Positions 1 to 10,690 of a DNA stretch of 32,000 bases are shown in pieces. Made by a program: the position numbers and the translations under genes. Below the pieces are notes generated by a model. The model made no database searches. It worked only from the letters and a program-made list of their open reading frames with translations, and was not told the DNA's origin. Source of the DNA: Vibrio vulnificus CMCP6 (GTDB taxonomy: Bacteria; Pseudomonadota; Gammaproteobacteria; Enterobacterales; Vibrionaceae); assembly GCF_000039765.1 (NCBI RefSeq), contig NC_004460.2:300001-332000 (forward strand). The letters are read 5' to 3'. The first letter of the stretch is position 1, and each line of letters opens with the position of its first letter.

Positions 1-262
1 TGCCATTTAACGTGGCTGACAAATCGCCTCCGCAAATTGCCAAATGGCAATCACTCATCACTTCAAACGCAGTCTGGCCAAAGGTGATTTCGACGGAGCT
101 ACAATTGACCGAGTTACCGAGCAAATAATTTGACCAACTGTAAGCGTAATCATCCACCGGGCCACCTTGTGTCACGCCAGAATGCGCTAAGCCAAAACGG
201 CCAAAGTCTTGAATTAAACTTAGTGGGCCAGCTTTAATGACTCTTAATCCTGTTTCGCTCAT
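1..262 (-). CDS. pxpC: 5-oxoprolinase subunit C / biotin-dependent carboxyltransferase family, N-terminal part only (runs off window edge)
   Basis: Minus-strand reading MSETGLRVIKAGPLSLIQDFGRFGLAHSGVTQGGPVDDYAYSWSNYLLGN... is typical of PxpC; ATG (260-262) overlaps the pxpB stop (259-261) as ATGA. Confidence 0.85.
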   Translation of the reverse strand, partial: MSETGLRVIKAGPLSLIQDFGRFGLAHSGVTQGGPVDDYAYSWSNYLLGNSVNCSSVEITFGQTAFEVMSDCHLAICGGDLSATLNG

Positions 263-942
263 AGCATCCCTCCTAAATTCAAAAATTCTTTCTCAGAGAT
301 AGCTTTAAACGCGACAGTGTCACCAATATTAAAAGGTGTAATCGGAATATGGTTAGGTTGATAAACCTCCAGTGGCGTTCGACCAATGATGTTCCACCCG
401 CCAGGCGTCGCGCTTGGGTAAATGGCGGTTTTGTTGTCGGCAATGGCGACGCTTCCTTTTGGCACTTGTAGACGAGGTGAGCTAAGGCGTGGAAGTGAAA
501 TGCGCTCATCCACATCCGAGAGGAATGCAAACCCAGGTGTAAAACCAATCGCAGAGACTGAATAACAAGGAGTGGTATGCAGTGAAATTAGGTGTTCCAA
601 GTGAACGCCTTTTTCGACAAAACGAGGCAGATCTAACGCCGTTTCTTCACTATAAAAGACTGGAATAACATGGTGTTGTGAAGAAGTGGCAACCTTTTTG
701 TCGGCCATTTCATTCAGTAATTTTTCGATTGTTAAAATGATGGAGACTTCATCAAGTCGAAAAGGCAAATATTCCACCAGAATCGTATGATAGGCTGGGA
801 CAACATTCATTACTGCTATTTGAAGCTGCTGACCAATGGCTCCAGCATATAAACCTATTTGTTGCTCGGAAATCGCATCATCAAAATGAAGCATCAATGC
901 ACATTCGGCAACTGGGGAAATTGTGAACCATTTATTATTCAA
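259..942 (-). CDS. pxpB: 5-oxoprolinase subunit B (KipI/allophanate hydrolase subunit 1 family)
   Basis: 227 aa; motif IGFTPGFAFLSDVDERISLPRLSSPRLQVPKGSVAIADNKTAIYPSATPGGWNIIGRTP; operon with pxpA/pxpC. Confidence 0.92.
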   Translation of the reverse strand: MNNKWFTISPVAECALMLHFDDAISEQQIGLYAGAIGQQLQIAVMNVVPAYHTILVEYLPFRLDEVSIILTIEKLLNEMADKKVATSSQHHVIPVFYSEETALDLPRFVEKGVHLEHLISLHTTPCYSVSAIGFTPGFAFLSDVDERISLPRLSSPRLQVPKGSVAIADNKTAIYPSATPGGWNIIGRTPLEVYQPNHIPITPFNIGDTVAFKAISEKEFLNLGGML

Positions 943-951
943 AGTTTCTCC

Positions 952-1758
952 TTACATTTTGGCTATCGCTTGGCTAATTCGTTGCACTAAGGCGATGGAT
1001 TCTGGATTGTCGCCATGCACGCAAATGGTATCGGCCTCCAAAGACAATCGAGTGCCATTGGCGGTATTGACACTGCCGTATGTCGCGATTTGTAGCGCCT
1101 GATTATAAATGTCTTCGGGTTGATGATAGACCGCATTAGCTTGGCTTCGAGGCGTGAGTTTTCCGTCCTCTTGATACTGACGATCGGCGAATGCTTCGAA
1201 TAGCAAAGGAACATCATAAATGTCAGCGATATCGAGGTAATGTTGGTTGTCGCTCGTGGCAAGAATCATCAAAGGGATGCCAAAAATCGATACCGCTTCG
1301 CAAATCGCGCGAAAAATTGCTTCACTCTCCATCATATCGTTATAAAGCGCACCGTGTGGCTTTACGTAATGAAGAGGTACATCGTGGTATTGGCAAACCG
1401 CTTTTAAGGCTCCTACTTGGTAAAGCACGATCTCGCTGATTTGAGCTGGTGTATGTGGAATAGAGCGTCGACCAAACCCAACCAAATCTTGATATCCAGG
1501 ATGAGCGCCTATTTTGACCTTGTAGTGTTTTGCCAATGCGACGGTTTTCGACATCACACTCGGATCAGAAGCGTGAAACCCACAAGCGATATTGGCCATG
1601 TCAACCCAAGGCATCACTAATTCATCGGATCCCATCTTCCAATTTCCAAAGCTTTCGCCCATGTCGCAATTTAACGTTACTCTTTGCTTATTCACTATTA
1701 TTTGAACCATCCTTGCTATTAATTTACTTAAGTTGGCTGAAAACGCGCTGAATGGCAA
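952..1758 (-). CDS. pxpA: 5-oxoprolinase subunit A (LamB/YcsF family); true start probably downstream of the first M
   Basis: 268 aa; LNCDMGESFGNWKMGSDE ... NIACGFHASDPSVM ... KIGAHPGYQDLVGFGRR ... VKPHGALYN motifs. Confidence 0.93.
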   Translation of the reverse strand: MPFSAFSANLSKLIARMVQIIVNKQRVTLNCDMGESFGNWKMGSDELVMPWVDMANIACGFHASDPSVMSKTVALAKHYKVKIGAHPGYQDLVGFGRRSIPHTPAQISEIVLYQVGALKAVCQYHDVPLHYVKPHGALYNDMMESEAIFRAICEAVSIFGIPLMILATSDNQHYLDIADIYDVPLLFEAFADRQYQEDGKLTPRSQANAVYHQPEDIYNQALQIATYGSVNTANGTRLSLEADTICVHGDNPESIALVQRISQAIAKM

Positions 1759-1859
1759 TGATCAACCTCATCCTTTATCAATTGAACCGTGGTATTAGGG
1801 GGATGTCGAAGCGTTTCGCACCTATTTGTAACCTATAGAGCAAAAGTTGATAGATATCT

Positions 1860-2447
1860 ATGAAAGCCAATTTATTGATTAATCACCTTACTCGCCATCC
1901 TAAATATCATTATTTGTTGATTTCTCGTTCATTTTTTCATTTTTACGTCGCTTTGCTCACGCTAGCATTATTGCTCTGTTTTCAAAAAGTATTTGCTTCC
2001 GAAATTCCATCCGAATCACAACTCAAAGCAGCTGCAATTTATCAAACCTCTCACTTTGTTCATTGGCCAGATAGATCACCAGACGAGCCGATACGTTTTT
2101 GTATTAAAGGCGATAAGAAAGTGCAACAAGCATTAGAAATGATTCTAGAGAACAAGCCGAACACATCTCGTCAGTTCCTCATAAGCAACAACCTAAAACA
2201 GTGTGATTTTATCTACTTTCATGAAAAAACGCGTTTTCAGATACTGAAAGCACAGACCAATAGCACGGTGACGATAAGCGGCAAAAAAGACTTTTTGAAG
2301 ATTGGTGGCGTGGTTGAACTGACAATAACACAAGGGCGTGCAGCGATAGGAATATGCCAAAGGGCATTGCAGGAGAAAGATTTTACCGTTGATGCTTCGC
2401 TCATGCGAATCGCCGATGTAAAGGAGGCTGAAAGATGTGTTCGCTAA
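1860..2447 (+). CDS. YfiR-family periplasmic protein (DUF4154-like)
   Basis: 195 aa, N-terminal signal/TM, AAAIYQTSHFVHWPD ... FCIKGDK... GRAAIGICQRALQ; overlaps a diguanylate cyclase-type gene as in YfiR/YfiN pairs. Confidence 0.75.
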   Translation: MKANLLINHLTRHPKYHYLLISRSFFHFYVALLTLALLLCFQKVFASEIPSESQLKAAAIYQTSHFVHWPDRSPDEPIRFCIKGDKKVQQALEMILENKPNTSRQFLISNNLKQCDFIYFHEKTRFQILKAQTNSTVTISGKKDFLKIGGVVELTITQGRAAIGICQRALQEKDFTVDASLMRIADVKEAERCVR

Positions 2448-4423
2448 AAAGCCTTTCCATCAAAAATAAATTATTGTTGCCCATTTTGCTGTTCGGCACG
2501 CTGATTTTTCTTATCGCACAAGGTTTTCACTTTTGGGCGAGTTACGAAAAAGATCAACAGTTGCAAAACCATAGAATCTCTATTCTTGCTTACGGCGCAG
2601 CACAAAACTTACAGGCTTCCGTGTTATTCAACGACCAAAAAGTGATGCAAGAGATTCTAGATTCGTTTTCTATCGATCCGAGCATATTGATTGTTGAACT
2701 TCGTTCTCTTGAAGGTGGCGTCCTTGCTCGTTATCAGCGTGAGATGCCTGTTAACGTTGATAACCACGTTTTATCTCTACCGTATCCTTTCGAAACCTTT
2801 ATTACCTATAGCCAACGCATAGACGTTGAACAAAACGCGATAGCGACGCTCAGTATCACCGCATCAACTCAAACGCTTGAACAAATGCTCACGCGGCTAC
2901 TCGAAAGTAGTGTGGTGTTTTTGGCCATATTACTGCTTTCCGGAAGTACTCTTTATTTGATTGTGCAAAAAGTCGTGATTGACCCGGTGTATAAACTCAA
3001 TGAGTCAATGCAAGATTTGGTTGAAGGACGAATAAAGGGTGGGTCACTGGTATCTCATTCCAGCGATGAGATGGGAGAGTTGGTGAACGCTTTTAATGCG
3101 ATGAGTCAGCGCCTTGCTCTTCGTGACAGCCAAGTGCATCACACGCTCGATCGATTGGAACACGAAAAAGCATTTGCAACGGATGTGATTGAAGCCGTTC
3201 AAACCGCGTTGTTAGTTGTCAATGAACATGGCGATATATTGCACCACAATGCTGCTGCACGGATGCTATTTCAATCAGACGCACAACGTATTGCGCAACA
3301 CAAGCTTTCCGAACTCATGCTTTGTAAAGAGCCTTCGTTCGTCGCCAATGCGTTGACTAGCAAGAATCCATTAGAGGAACGATTAGTTGAATGCAGGCTA
3401 CCAACAGGCTCCAAATTGCTGATCAAAATTTCAACACGGATATTAAGCAAGAGGAGGGCGACCCTATTTTCAATTCAAGATGTAACGGAAATTGAAACCG
3501 CGTTGAATCGTCAGCGTATCGCTGCTGGTGTATTCGAAAACAGCCAAGACGGACTTGTGGTACTTGATCATAACGGACTCATCACCATGACAAACCCGGC
3601 TGTGACACGAATGCTGGGCTATCCACAGGAAATTCTAATTGGGAAGTCATTATTAAAAGCGTTTGACTGGCAACAAATCCAAACCATTATGCCAACCATC
3701 CAAGAATCGCTGGAGCATTACGGACAGTGGCAAGGTGAGGTGCTGGAAAAACACTACAATGGCAATTTAATACCAATGTTCGCCAAAGTGAGCCGAATTT
3801 CTAAAAAAGTCGGTGTTCAAGAGGTGTTTGACATGGTGATTATCCTCTCGGATCTGTCTGGCGTAAAAGAAATGGAAAGACTGGAGTATTTAGCCCACCA
3901 TGATGCATTAACGGGCCTTGCAAATCGTGCCAAATTGCATCGTACGCTAGAAGATGAATTGAAGTTGTGCAACTTTACTCACAGCGAGTTTGCTTTACTT
4001 TATATGGACTTAGATGGGTTTAAGTTCATCAATGATACCTTTGGTCATGACGCTGGCGATCATGTGTTAAAGGTTGTATCAGAACGGTTACTTAACGAAG
4101 TTCGTAGTGGCGATTTAGTCGCGCGATTATCGGGTGATGAGTTCGTTCTTTTGATTAAGCGGGCCGATAATCATTCCGTCACTTTACTGAGTGAACGTAT
4201 TTTAGAAAGCTTGCGCCAACCTATTGAGTATTTGAATCAAACGATGCAAGTTGGCTGTAGCATTGGCGTTAAATTGGTCGGTCCACAAGAGAAGGATATG
4301 GAAAGGATCTTAAAAAGCGCTGACACCGCAATGTATAAGGCTAAGAAGTCTGGCAAAGGGCAGGCGATTTTGATCGGCTCTGAGGTCGGAGAGGCATGTT
4401 TAAGCGACGTTACTTCGGAATAA
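2435..4423 (+). CDS. Membrane-bound HAMP/PAS/diguanylate cyclase-type (GGDEF family) protein with SGDEF signature
   Basis: 662 aa; two TM segments, HAMP-like region, PAS-like region (NSQDGLVVLDHNGLITMTNPAVTRMLGYP), DALTGLANRAKLHR ... RLSGDEFVLLI. Confidence 0.9.
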   Translation: MCSLKSLSIKNKLLLPILLFGTLIFLIAQGFHFWASYEKDQQLQNHRISILAYGAAQNLQASVLFNDQKVMQEILDSFSIDPSILIVELRSLEGGVLARYQREMPVNVDNHVLSLPYPFETFITYSQRIDVEQNAIATLSITASTQTLEQMLTRLLESSVVFLAILLLSGSTLYLIVQKVVIDPVYKLNESMQDLVEGRIKGGSLVSHSSDEMGELVNAFNAMSQRLALRDSQVHHTLDRLEHEKAFATDVIEAVQTALLVVNEHGDILHHNAAARMLFQSDAQRIAQHKLSELMLCKEPSFVANALTSKNPLEERLVECRLPTGSKLLIKISTRILSKRRATLFSIQDVTEIETALNRQRIAAGVFENSQDGLVVLDHNGLITMTNPAVTRMLGYPQEILIGKSLLKAFDWQQIQTIMPTIQESLEHYGQWQGEVLEKHYNGNLIPMFAKVSRISKKVGVQEVFDMVIILSDLSGVKEMERLEYLAHHDALTGLANRAKLHRTLEDELKLCNFTHSEFALLYMDLDGFKFINDTFGHDAGDHVLKVVSERLLNEVRSGDLVARLSGDEFVLLIKRADNHSVTLLSERILESLRQPIEYLNQTMQVGCSIGVKLVGPQEKDMERILKSADTAMYKAKKSGKGQAILIGSEVGEACLSDVTSE

Positions 4424-4545
4424 ACTTTGATCTAAATCGGAAATACCGCAACTTTTGAGCAAATCGCTCGCATCTTGTTGATGAACTGTTACAATTAGAT
4501 GGAATTTAATTTGTGATAAAAAATTTGTTTCTCTTTGAGGATCCT

Positions 4546-4620
4546 ATGGAACTTGCTCTAATTGTTGTTTTTATCGTTGCTTCTGTTGTGATGGTAAAAA
4601 AAGAAATGTCAAAACAATAA
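4546..4620 (+). CDS. Putative 24-aa single-pass membrane microprotein
   Basis: ATG-initiated MELALIVVFIVASVVMVKKEMSKQ* preceded by GAGG (about 4537-4540); not in the ORF track (too short). Confidence 0.35.
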   Translation: MELALIVVFIVASVVMVKKEMSKQ

Positions 4621-4670
4621 GTTATCATTCATCAACTTTTTCTCTTTGTACATTTTTGAATGAAACTTAA

Positions 4671-4692
4671 AAAGCCAGCAAATGCTGGCTTT
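4671..4692. terminator. Rho-independent terminator, usable in both directions between convergent genes
   Basis: AAAGCCAGCA-AA-TGCTGGCTTT hairpin followed by a T-rich run on the + strand. Confidence 0.75.
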
Positions 4693-4707
4693 TGTTTTTG
4701 TAGTTGG

Positions 4708-6848
4708 TTAGAACTCGTATTTTACACTGATGTTGTAGTTTCTCTCTGCTTGAGTTAAATCTCGACTCAGTTCTTTTTCCCCTCGAATATCGTTCCATAG
4801 GTAATATTTTTCGTTGGTCAAGTTCATGATTCCAGCTCTTACGGTAACGTCTTGTGTGGGTTTAAAGTAAGCCGTTAAGTCAATTACGGTTGCTGATGGT
4901 AGCTCTACTTGATTTGCCGTTCCGCCATTATTTCCGTCTAAATTAATGTGACTATTGGACTTTTTAGCAGTGTAATTCACTTTTATGCTTGTACCCCATA
5001 GAGTATTGGGAGCATCATAATTTACCGCACCCACTGCATTCCAAGGATTGACACTATTCAAGGGATTCCCTTCGCCATCTTCACCTACAGTGTATGCAGC
5101 TACAAAACGGGTAGTCATACCTAAAGGTAGATTAGCAATTCTGTTCAAATCCAAAGTGTTGGAGACTTCAATCCCTTTAATGGTCGCTTCACTGATATTG
5201 ACATAGGTGTATTCCGTCAAACCACCGCCTCGCGTTGAAGTTTGCTCAATGAAATCAGTGTAGTCACTATAGTAGAGAGCGATTTCACTGGTTGATGCGA
5301 TGGTATTATGACGATAACCTAGCTCATATGAGAGACTTTTTTCAGACTCGAGATTAGGGTTGGGGCGGTTAGTGTAACCATGTCCCGGATTGTCATAGGT
5401 ATAGTACAACTCATTGAACGAAGGCGCGCGAAAACCTTGGCTAATTTGTGTAAACAGTGTGCCTTCTTGCGCTACCTTGTAAGTGGCACCTAGTCGACCT
5501 GTGAATGCTGAATCACTGAATTTTATGAAGCTTTCATCTACAGTGTCTGACGGATCTGTAGAGAAATAGTCATAACGTACACCAGGAGTTAAAACTAACT
5601 TGTCGTTCAGTACGGAGATTTCATCTTGGAAGAATAGACCAAAACTCATTTCCTTCGCATCTGGCGTGTATACATAGATTTTATCCGGAGTGTTCGGATC
5701 AGAGTTAAATTCACGATTCGTGTTACTGATGCGACTTGTCTTATAAGACAAACCATAAACTAAATAGTGCGTTTCTAACTCCTTATCGAACTGGGTTTCT
5801 AACTCAATTTTATTTTCAGCATATTGATAGTCTTTTTTCTGCTGATTATCTCCATTGGGTGGAACCCTAGGTGGGACTCCTGCACTTGCTTCTTTGAAAC
5901 GGTTTGTAAGTCCGTTTTCTTCTTTATCTGTCCAAGTTAGTCTAGATGTGATGGAATCAGTGATGGTTGTATCAACAAGCCAAATGTGCTTTAGACCAAG
6001 ACGATTTTGCTTGGTTGTATCCTCAGAGTTAAAGTTTTTGTAAGAGGAGCTTGCAATATCTGAGTCATTTTGGTTGTAAATCACTTCTCCAAGAAATTCT
6101 AAACGATGGTCATCGCTCAGCTGAGATTGCAATTTGATCAACAGATCATTCTTAACGTAGTCTTGAGACTCAACTGAATAGTCGTCATACGGTGCTTTTG
6201 AAAAGTTTTGGAGTTCTTTGCCATCTCTACGAGTGTAGGCGACCAAGGCTTCAACGTTATCAAAACGTTTTGCTACGGCTACATGTTCACTAAACGATTT
6301 ATCTTCGGATGAGTATGATAGTTTGGCCTGCCCCCCGAATACTTTGCCATTTTTAAGAAAGTCAGCTGGATCTTTCGTTTCGAATGCCACAACACCGCCA
6401 ATCGCATCGCTTCCATGCAAGCTAGATGCTGCGCCTTTTACGATCTCGACACTTTTAAGCATATCCGGATCAACCGAGACTGCGCTTGAATTGATAAAAG
6501 AGTAGGGACCGCCATCAAACACGCCTGGCTGAGATGCTCCGTCAACCAAAATTTTAACTCTTTTACCCTCCATTCCCCTAATATTGATACTTTGAACACC
6601 CTTGGCGCCTGTGTACTATTGATAGTTACCCCTGGTGTATATTCAAAAACATCATTGAGATCTTTGGCCATCTTACTTTCAAGATCTTTATCAGAGATAA
6701 CGGTTACTGATGCAGCGACTGCGTCCATAGTTTGATTCGTACGTGTTGCAGAAACAACAACTTCATCAAATAAACCAGCATCTTGTGCTTGTACTGGCGT
6801 AGCGAGAGCGAATAGTATTGAGGCTGAAAGGAACGTTCTGTTGTACAT
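4708..6848 (-). pseudogene. TonB-dependent heme/hemoglobin-type outer membrane receptor, disrupted by a 2-bp frameshift in the plug domain
   Basis: ORF 6438-6848 (-) encodes the signal peptide, TonB box-like region and start of plug (DEVVVSATRTNQTMDAVAASVTVISDKDL...FEYTPGVTINST); ORF 4708-6573 (-) continues in another frame (GVQSINIRGMEGKRVKILVDGA...) to a C-terminal ...YNISVKYEF. Confidence 0.85.
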
Positions 6849-6904
6849 TTTTACTACCTTAAATCCATAGTAGGCGAATAATTGTCGCTATGATATTGGA
6901 TGCT

Positions 6905-6923
6905 AATGATAATTACTATCATT
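6905..6923. promoter_or_regulatory. Fur-box-like operator upstream of the TonB-dependent receptor
   Basis: AATGATAATTACTATCATT: near-perfect 9-1-9 palindrome resembling GATAATGATAATCATTATC, located about 57 bp upstream of the receptor start. Confidence 0.7.
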
Positions 6924-7075
6924 CGTAAAAATATTTTTAACCTGGCTCTTATGTCGTTCCGCGTTTCTTAAAATGAAAAATTACAAAATATCAATACGAT
7001 ATACTGAGAATGATGAATTTATAGCGCCACTTTACAAAATTCACATCTGTGATCTTGATCACCAAAGGAGTTGAA

Positions 7076-7963
7076 GTGCAAAGCCCCATAACCTTGGAAG
7101 CATTACATATCTTAGATGCCATCGACAGAAGAGGGAGTTTTGCTTCCGCTGCCAATGAGCTTGATCGCGCTCCTTCGTCTTTGAGTTATCAAATTCAAAA
7201 GCTTGAGCAAGATCTAGACATCATGATTTTTGATCGTTCTGGCCACAAAGCGAATTTCACAGACGCTGGTCGACTTATCTTAGAACGTGGCCGCACGATT
7301 CTCGCTGCAACAGAAAAACTTGTTAACGACGCGACACTGCTAGCCAATGGTTGGGAACTGGATATTTCCATCGCATATGATGGCATTATCGGTATTCACC
7401 ATTTTTTTTCGCTTGTAGATGCGTTAGGGAACGTGAGTAAAACCAGAGTCAGATTACAGGAAGAAATTCTTGCAGGCTGCTGGGAATCCCTTCAATCCGG
7501 CAGGGCAGATTTGCTCGTGTGTCCAAAACTAGAAGTCCTGCCACATGACGTGAAAGCAGACACCATTGGAAAAATGAGTATGACTTGGGTGGCGGCACCC
7601 AATCATTACGTCCACAAACGAAGTGGTGAGTTTAATGATACAGCAAGAGAGAAGTACCGCATTATCGCTATCGCCGATACTGCACGTGAGCAACCGGCTA
7701 TTACGGTCAATATCATCCAGAAACAACCGAGATTAACCGTCACTAATCTTCAAGCCAAAGTTGATGCGCTTGTCACTGGCCTCGGAATCGGCACACTACC
7801 CACAGATATCGCAACTCCATTGATCGAAGCAGGCAAGCTCAAGGAAATCGAAGGTGCAGAGCAGCAACATCTAGAGATCATTCTGGCTTGGAAGCGCAAC
7901 CAAATGGGAGAAGCGAAATCCTGGTGTATTCAATATTTGAAGAAAAACTGGAAGCTAAAATAA
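7076..7963 (+). CDS. LysR-family transcriptional regulator (track start 7049; GTG at 7076 has a better RBS)
   Basis: LEALHILDAIDRRGSFASAANELDRAPSSLSYQIQKLEQDLDIMIFDRSG wHTH; AAAGGAG just upstream of GTG at 7076. Confidence 0.9.
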   Translation: MQSPITLEALHILDAIDRRGSFASAANELDRAPSSLSYQIQKLEQDLDIMIFDRSGHKANFTDAGRLILERGRTILAATEKLVNDATLLANGWELDISIAYDGIIGIHHFFSLVDALGNVSKTRVRLQEEILAGCWESLQSGRADLLVCPKLEVLPHDVKADTIGKMSMTWVAAPNHYVHKRSGEFNDTAREKYRIIAIADTAREQPAITVNIIQKQPRLTVTNLQAKVDALVTGLGIGTLPTDIATPLIEAGKLKEIEGAEQQHLEIILAWKRNQMGEAKSWCIQYLKKNWKLK

Positions 7964-8011
7964 ACGTTGATGTGAAGAAAGCGGCTTTGACAGCCGCTCT
8001 CGTCGGTCCGC

Positions 8012-10690
8012 TCAGGGATTCAGTGGCAACACCATATCTGCAACGCCATCTTCAAATTGGATATCCAGGCTAAAACCAAGCTTTTGAGCAAGCGTTAACA
8101 TGCCACGGTTTGTTGGCATGGTCATGCCAGTCATCTTCTTCGTGCCTTTCTGACGACAATAATCAATGATCTTATTCATCAGGACTTTTCCTAAACCTTT
8201 GCCTTTTAGATCAGAACGAATCAATATCGCAAACTCCGCCTCCGTGTTTTCAGGATTAATCAAGGCTCGCGCAACGCCAATGATTTTTGCCTCTCCGGAT
8301 GAAAACGATACGGCGACAAAGGCCATTTCTCGGTCGTAATCTATTTGGGTCAGATTCGCCAAGGCTTCGTGATTAAATTCACCTACATCACTGAAAAATC
8401 GCTTATAGAGATCTTCTTTGGAAACATTATTTATGAACTCAGCGTGCGAAGGTTCATCCTCTGGCAATATCGGCCTTAGTAGAATGGGTTCTCCATCTTT
8501 CAGCTGCATGGTTTCTACAAACTCAGCGGGGAAAGGGCGTATAGCAAGGCGCTCTTGACCGTGGCCTAGGTAGTTCTCTAAAGTCAGATCCGCGTCCAAA
8601 ATGGTAAAATGCTCGCCATTTGCCAGAACTGGATGAATGTCCAGTTCTTTAATCTGCGGTAGCTCAACCACCATTTGAGAAATGCGAACCAAAAATTTTG
8701 CCAGTCCAAGAACATCCATTGGTTCAGGCAGTTTTTGTAGGCGTATATGGCCTTCTTTAATCGCGCGCACAATCTGATAGCGTGCCAGCGTCATATTTAG
8801 AGGCGGTAACGCTGCCGTTGCATCACGAGCTTCGCTCCATTCCGAACCTCCTTGACCAAGTAGAATTACTGGACCAAACACTTTGTCCGTTATGACTTTT
8901 ACGCGAATTTCTTCCCCTCCGGCAAGTTTAGCCATGCCTTGGACCAGTAGCCCATGTATGTTGGCACTAGGGTAGGCAAGTTTTGTACGATCGAGAATAG
9001 CGTCAGCCGCTGACGCTACTTCTTGGCTATTACTCAGATTCAGCATGACGCCCTGGACATCAGACTTATGTGCAATGTCAGGAGAGCGCAACTTCACCGC
9101 AACGGGATAACCGATTTGCTCGGCAATATGCACGGCCTCGGAGGTATCACTTGCAATCCAGGTCGGCAAAACATCAAAGTGGAACAGCTTTAACAAACTG
9201 CCCAATTGGTGAGTATCAAGCTGTGCGATTTCCTTATCCATCAAATGCTCTGAAACCCACGCTTTCGCAGCATTGACGTCGGAAACGTGCAATGGTTCTG
9301 CGGTTGTCGGCGTTTCCATCAGTTGTTTCTGATTGCGGCGGTATTCCACCAAATGCATGAAAGCCACAACTGCGCTTTCTGGTGTTCTATAAGTTGGTAT
9401 TCCCGCTTTAGTGAGTATCATGCGGGCTGGCTTTGCAGTTTGTTCACCAGACCAATTCGTTAATATATTGAAACGCTTGTGTCTCGGATGACTCTGTATT
9501 GCATCGACAATCGCTTGCGCTGTTTCTACGGAGTCTGAAACCGCAGAAGGGCTATGCATAATCAGGACCGCATCTGCACAATCACTATCAAGGATGGCGT
9601 TAATAGTTGCAACGTAACGTTTTTTATCCGCATCGCCCACAATATCAATAGGATTATTGTGGGACCAACTACTTGGTAGATGCTGAGAAAGCATCTCTAT
9701 CGTTTCCGAAGATAAGTTGGCTAACTGCCCACCTCGTTCAAATAGTGTGTCGACGGCCATTAATGCGGGCCCCGCACCATTAGTAATAATGGCAAGTCGC
9801 TCACCTCGCAATGGAACCGAATGGGTGAGGGTTTCTACTGCTGCAAACAGTTCGTGTGTGTTGTTGACTCGTAGCATTCCCGAACGTCGGATAGCTGAGT
9901 CATAAACGATATCAAGTGTATCCGCGCCCGATTTATTTAATGCTCTTCGACCAAGAATCGAACGTCCACCTTTCAAAACGAGAATGCGTCGATTACGTGA
10001 GGCTGCGCGGGCTGCAGAAATAAATCGTCGTGCATCAGTGATTGAGTCAACATAAAGCAAGATGGCGTCGGTTTTACTGTCTGTTGAAAGGTAATCAAGC
10101 AATTCGTCAAAATCGATGTCGAGACCGTTACCAATCGAAACAAAAGCGGAAAAACCAATTTCTTTGTCATTGGCCCAATCCAAAATTGTTGTACACACCG
10201 CGGCAGACTGAGAAATAAATGCTATCTTCCCCGGCTTTGCCGTTACGGGAGAGAAGGAAGCGTTAAATTTTTGCCAAGGTAGGATCAAACCAAGACTGTT
10301 TGGTCCAAGCACTCGCATGTTACTTTCGCGCGCAATACGCAAACACGCATCGGCGACAGACTGATCGTCTTGATGGGGGTAATCTGTATCTGACGCCAAC
10401 ACTATGACAAACTCAGTACCAATTTCTGCCAGTTGTTTAAAAAGCGCTACATTGCGCTCTGAGCGAGTACACAGAATAGCAATGTCGGGGACAAGCGGCA
10501 GTTCAGTAACAGAGGGGTAGGCGAGAACACCAGCGACAGATTTGTATCTTGGCGTGACCGGTATAATCGTGCCATCAAACCCGCTTTGAAGCAGGTTTTT
10601 CATTACTATGTTACCTGCACTTAAGTGACGTTGTGACGCACCAATAACCGCGATTGAAGTGGGTTTAAACAGTTTCTGTAGCTTATGCAC
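8012..10690 (-). CDS. patZ: Bifunctional acyl-CoA synthetase (NDP-forming)-like / GNAT protein lysine acetyltransferase (Pat/PatZ type)
   Basis: 892 aa; LFKPTSIAVIGASQR CoA-binding domain, ATP-grasp region, C-terminal GNAT (LIRSDLKGKGLGKVLMNKIIDYCRQKG). Confidence 0.85.
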   Translation of the reverse strand: MHKLQKLFKPTSIAVIGASQRHLSAGNIVMKNLLQSGFDGTIIPVTPRYKSVAGVLAYPSVTELPLVPDIAILCTRSERNVALFKQLAEIGTEFVIVLASDTDYPHQDDQSVADACLRIARESNMRVLGPNSLGLILPWQKFNASFSPVTAKPGKIAFISQSAAVCTTILDWANDKEIGFSAFVSIGNGLDIDFDELLDYLSTDSKTDAILLYVDSITDARRFISAARAASRNRRILVLKGGRSILGRRALNKSGADTLDIVYDSAIRRSGMLRVNNTHELFAAVETLTHSVPLRGERLAIITNGAGPALMAVDTLFERGGQLANLSSETIEMLSQHLPSSWSHNNPIDIVGDADKKRYVATINAILDSDCADAVLIMHSPSAVSDSVETAQAIVDAIQSHPRHKRFNILTNWSGEQTAKPARMILTKAGIPTYRTPESAVVAFMHLVEYRRNQKQLMETPTTAEPLHVSDVNAAKAWVSEHLMDKEIAQLDTHQLGSLLKLFHFDVLPTWIASDTSEAVHIAEQIGYPVAVKLRSPDIAHKSDVQGVMLNLSNSQEVASAADAILDRTKLAYPSANIHGLLVQGMAKLAGGEEIRVKVITDKVFGPVILLGQGGSEWSEARDATAALPPLNMTLARYQIVRAIKEGHIRLQKLPEPMDVLGLAKFLVRISQMVVELPQIKELDIHPVLANGEHFTILDADLTLENYLGHGQERLAIRPFPAEFVETMQLKDGEPILLRPILPEDEPSHAEFINNVSKEDLYKRFFSDVGEFNHEALANLTQIDYDREMAFVAVSFSSGEAKIIGVARALINPENTEAEFAILIRSDLKGKGLGKVLMNKIIDYCRQKGTKKMTGMTMPTNRGMLTLAQKLGFSLDIQFEDGVADMVLPLNP

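Noticed and set aside
4708-6848. Programmed frameshift or two-gene receptor
   Set aside because: No slippery site or conserved arrangement seen; a simple 2-bp duplication explains the break.
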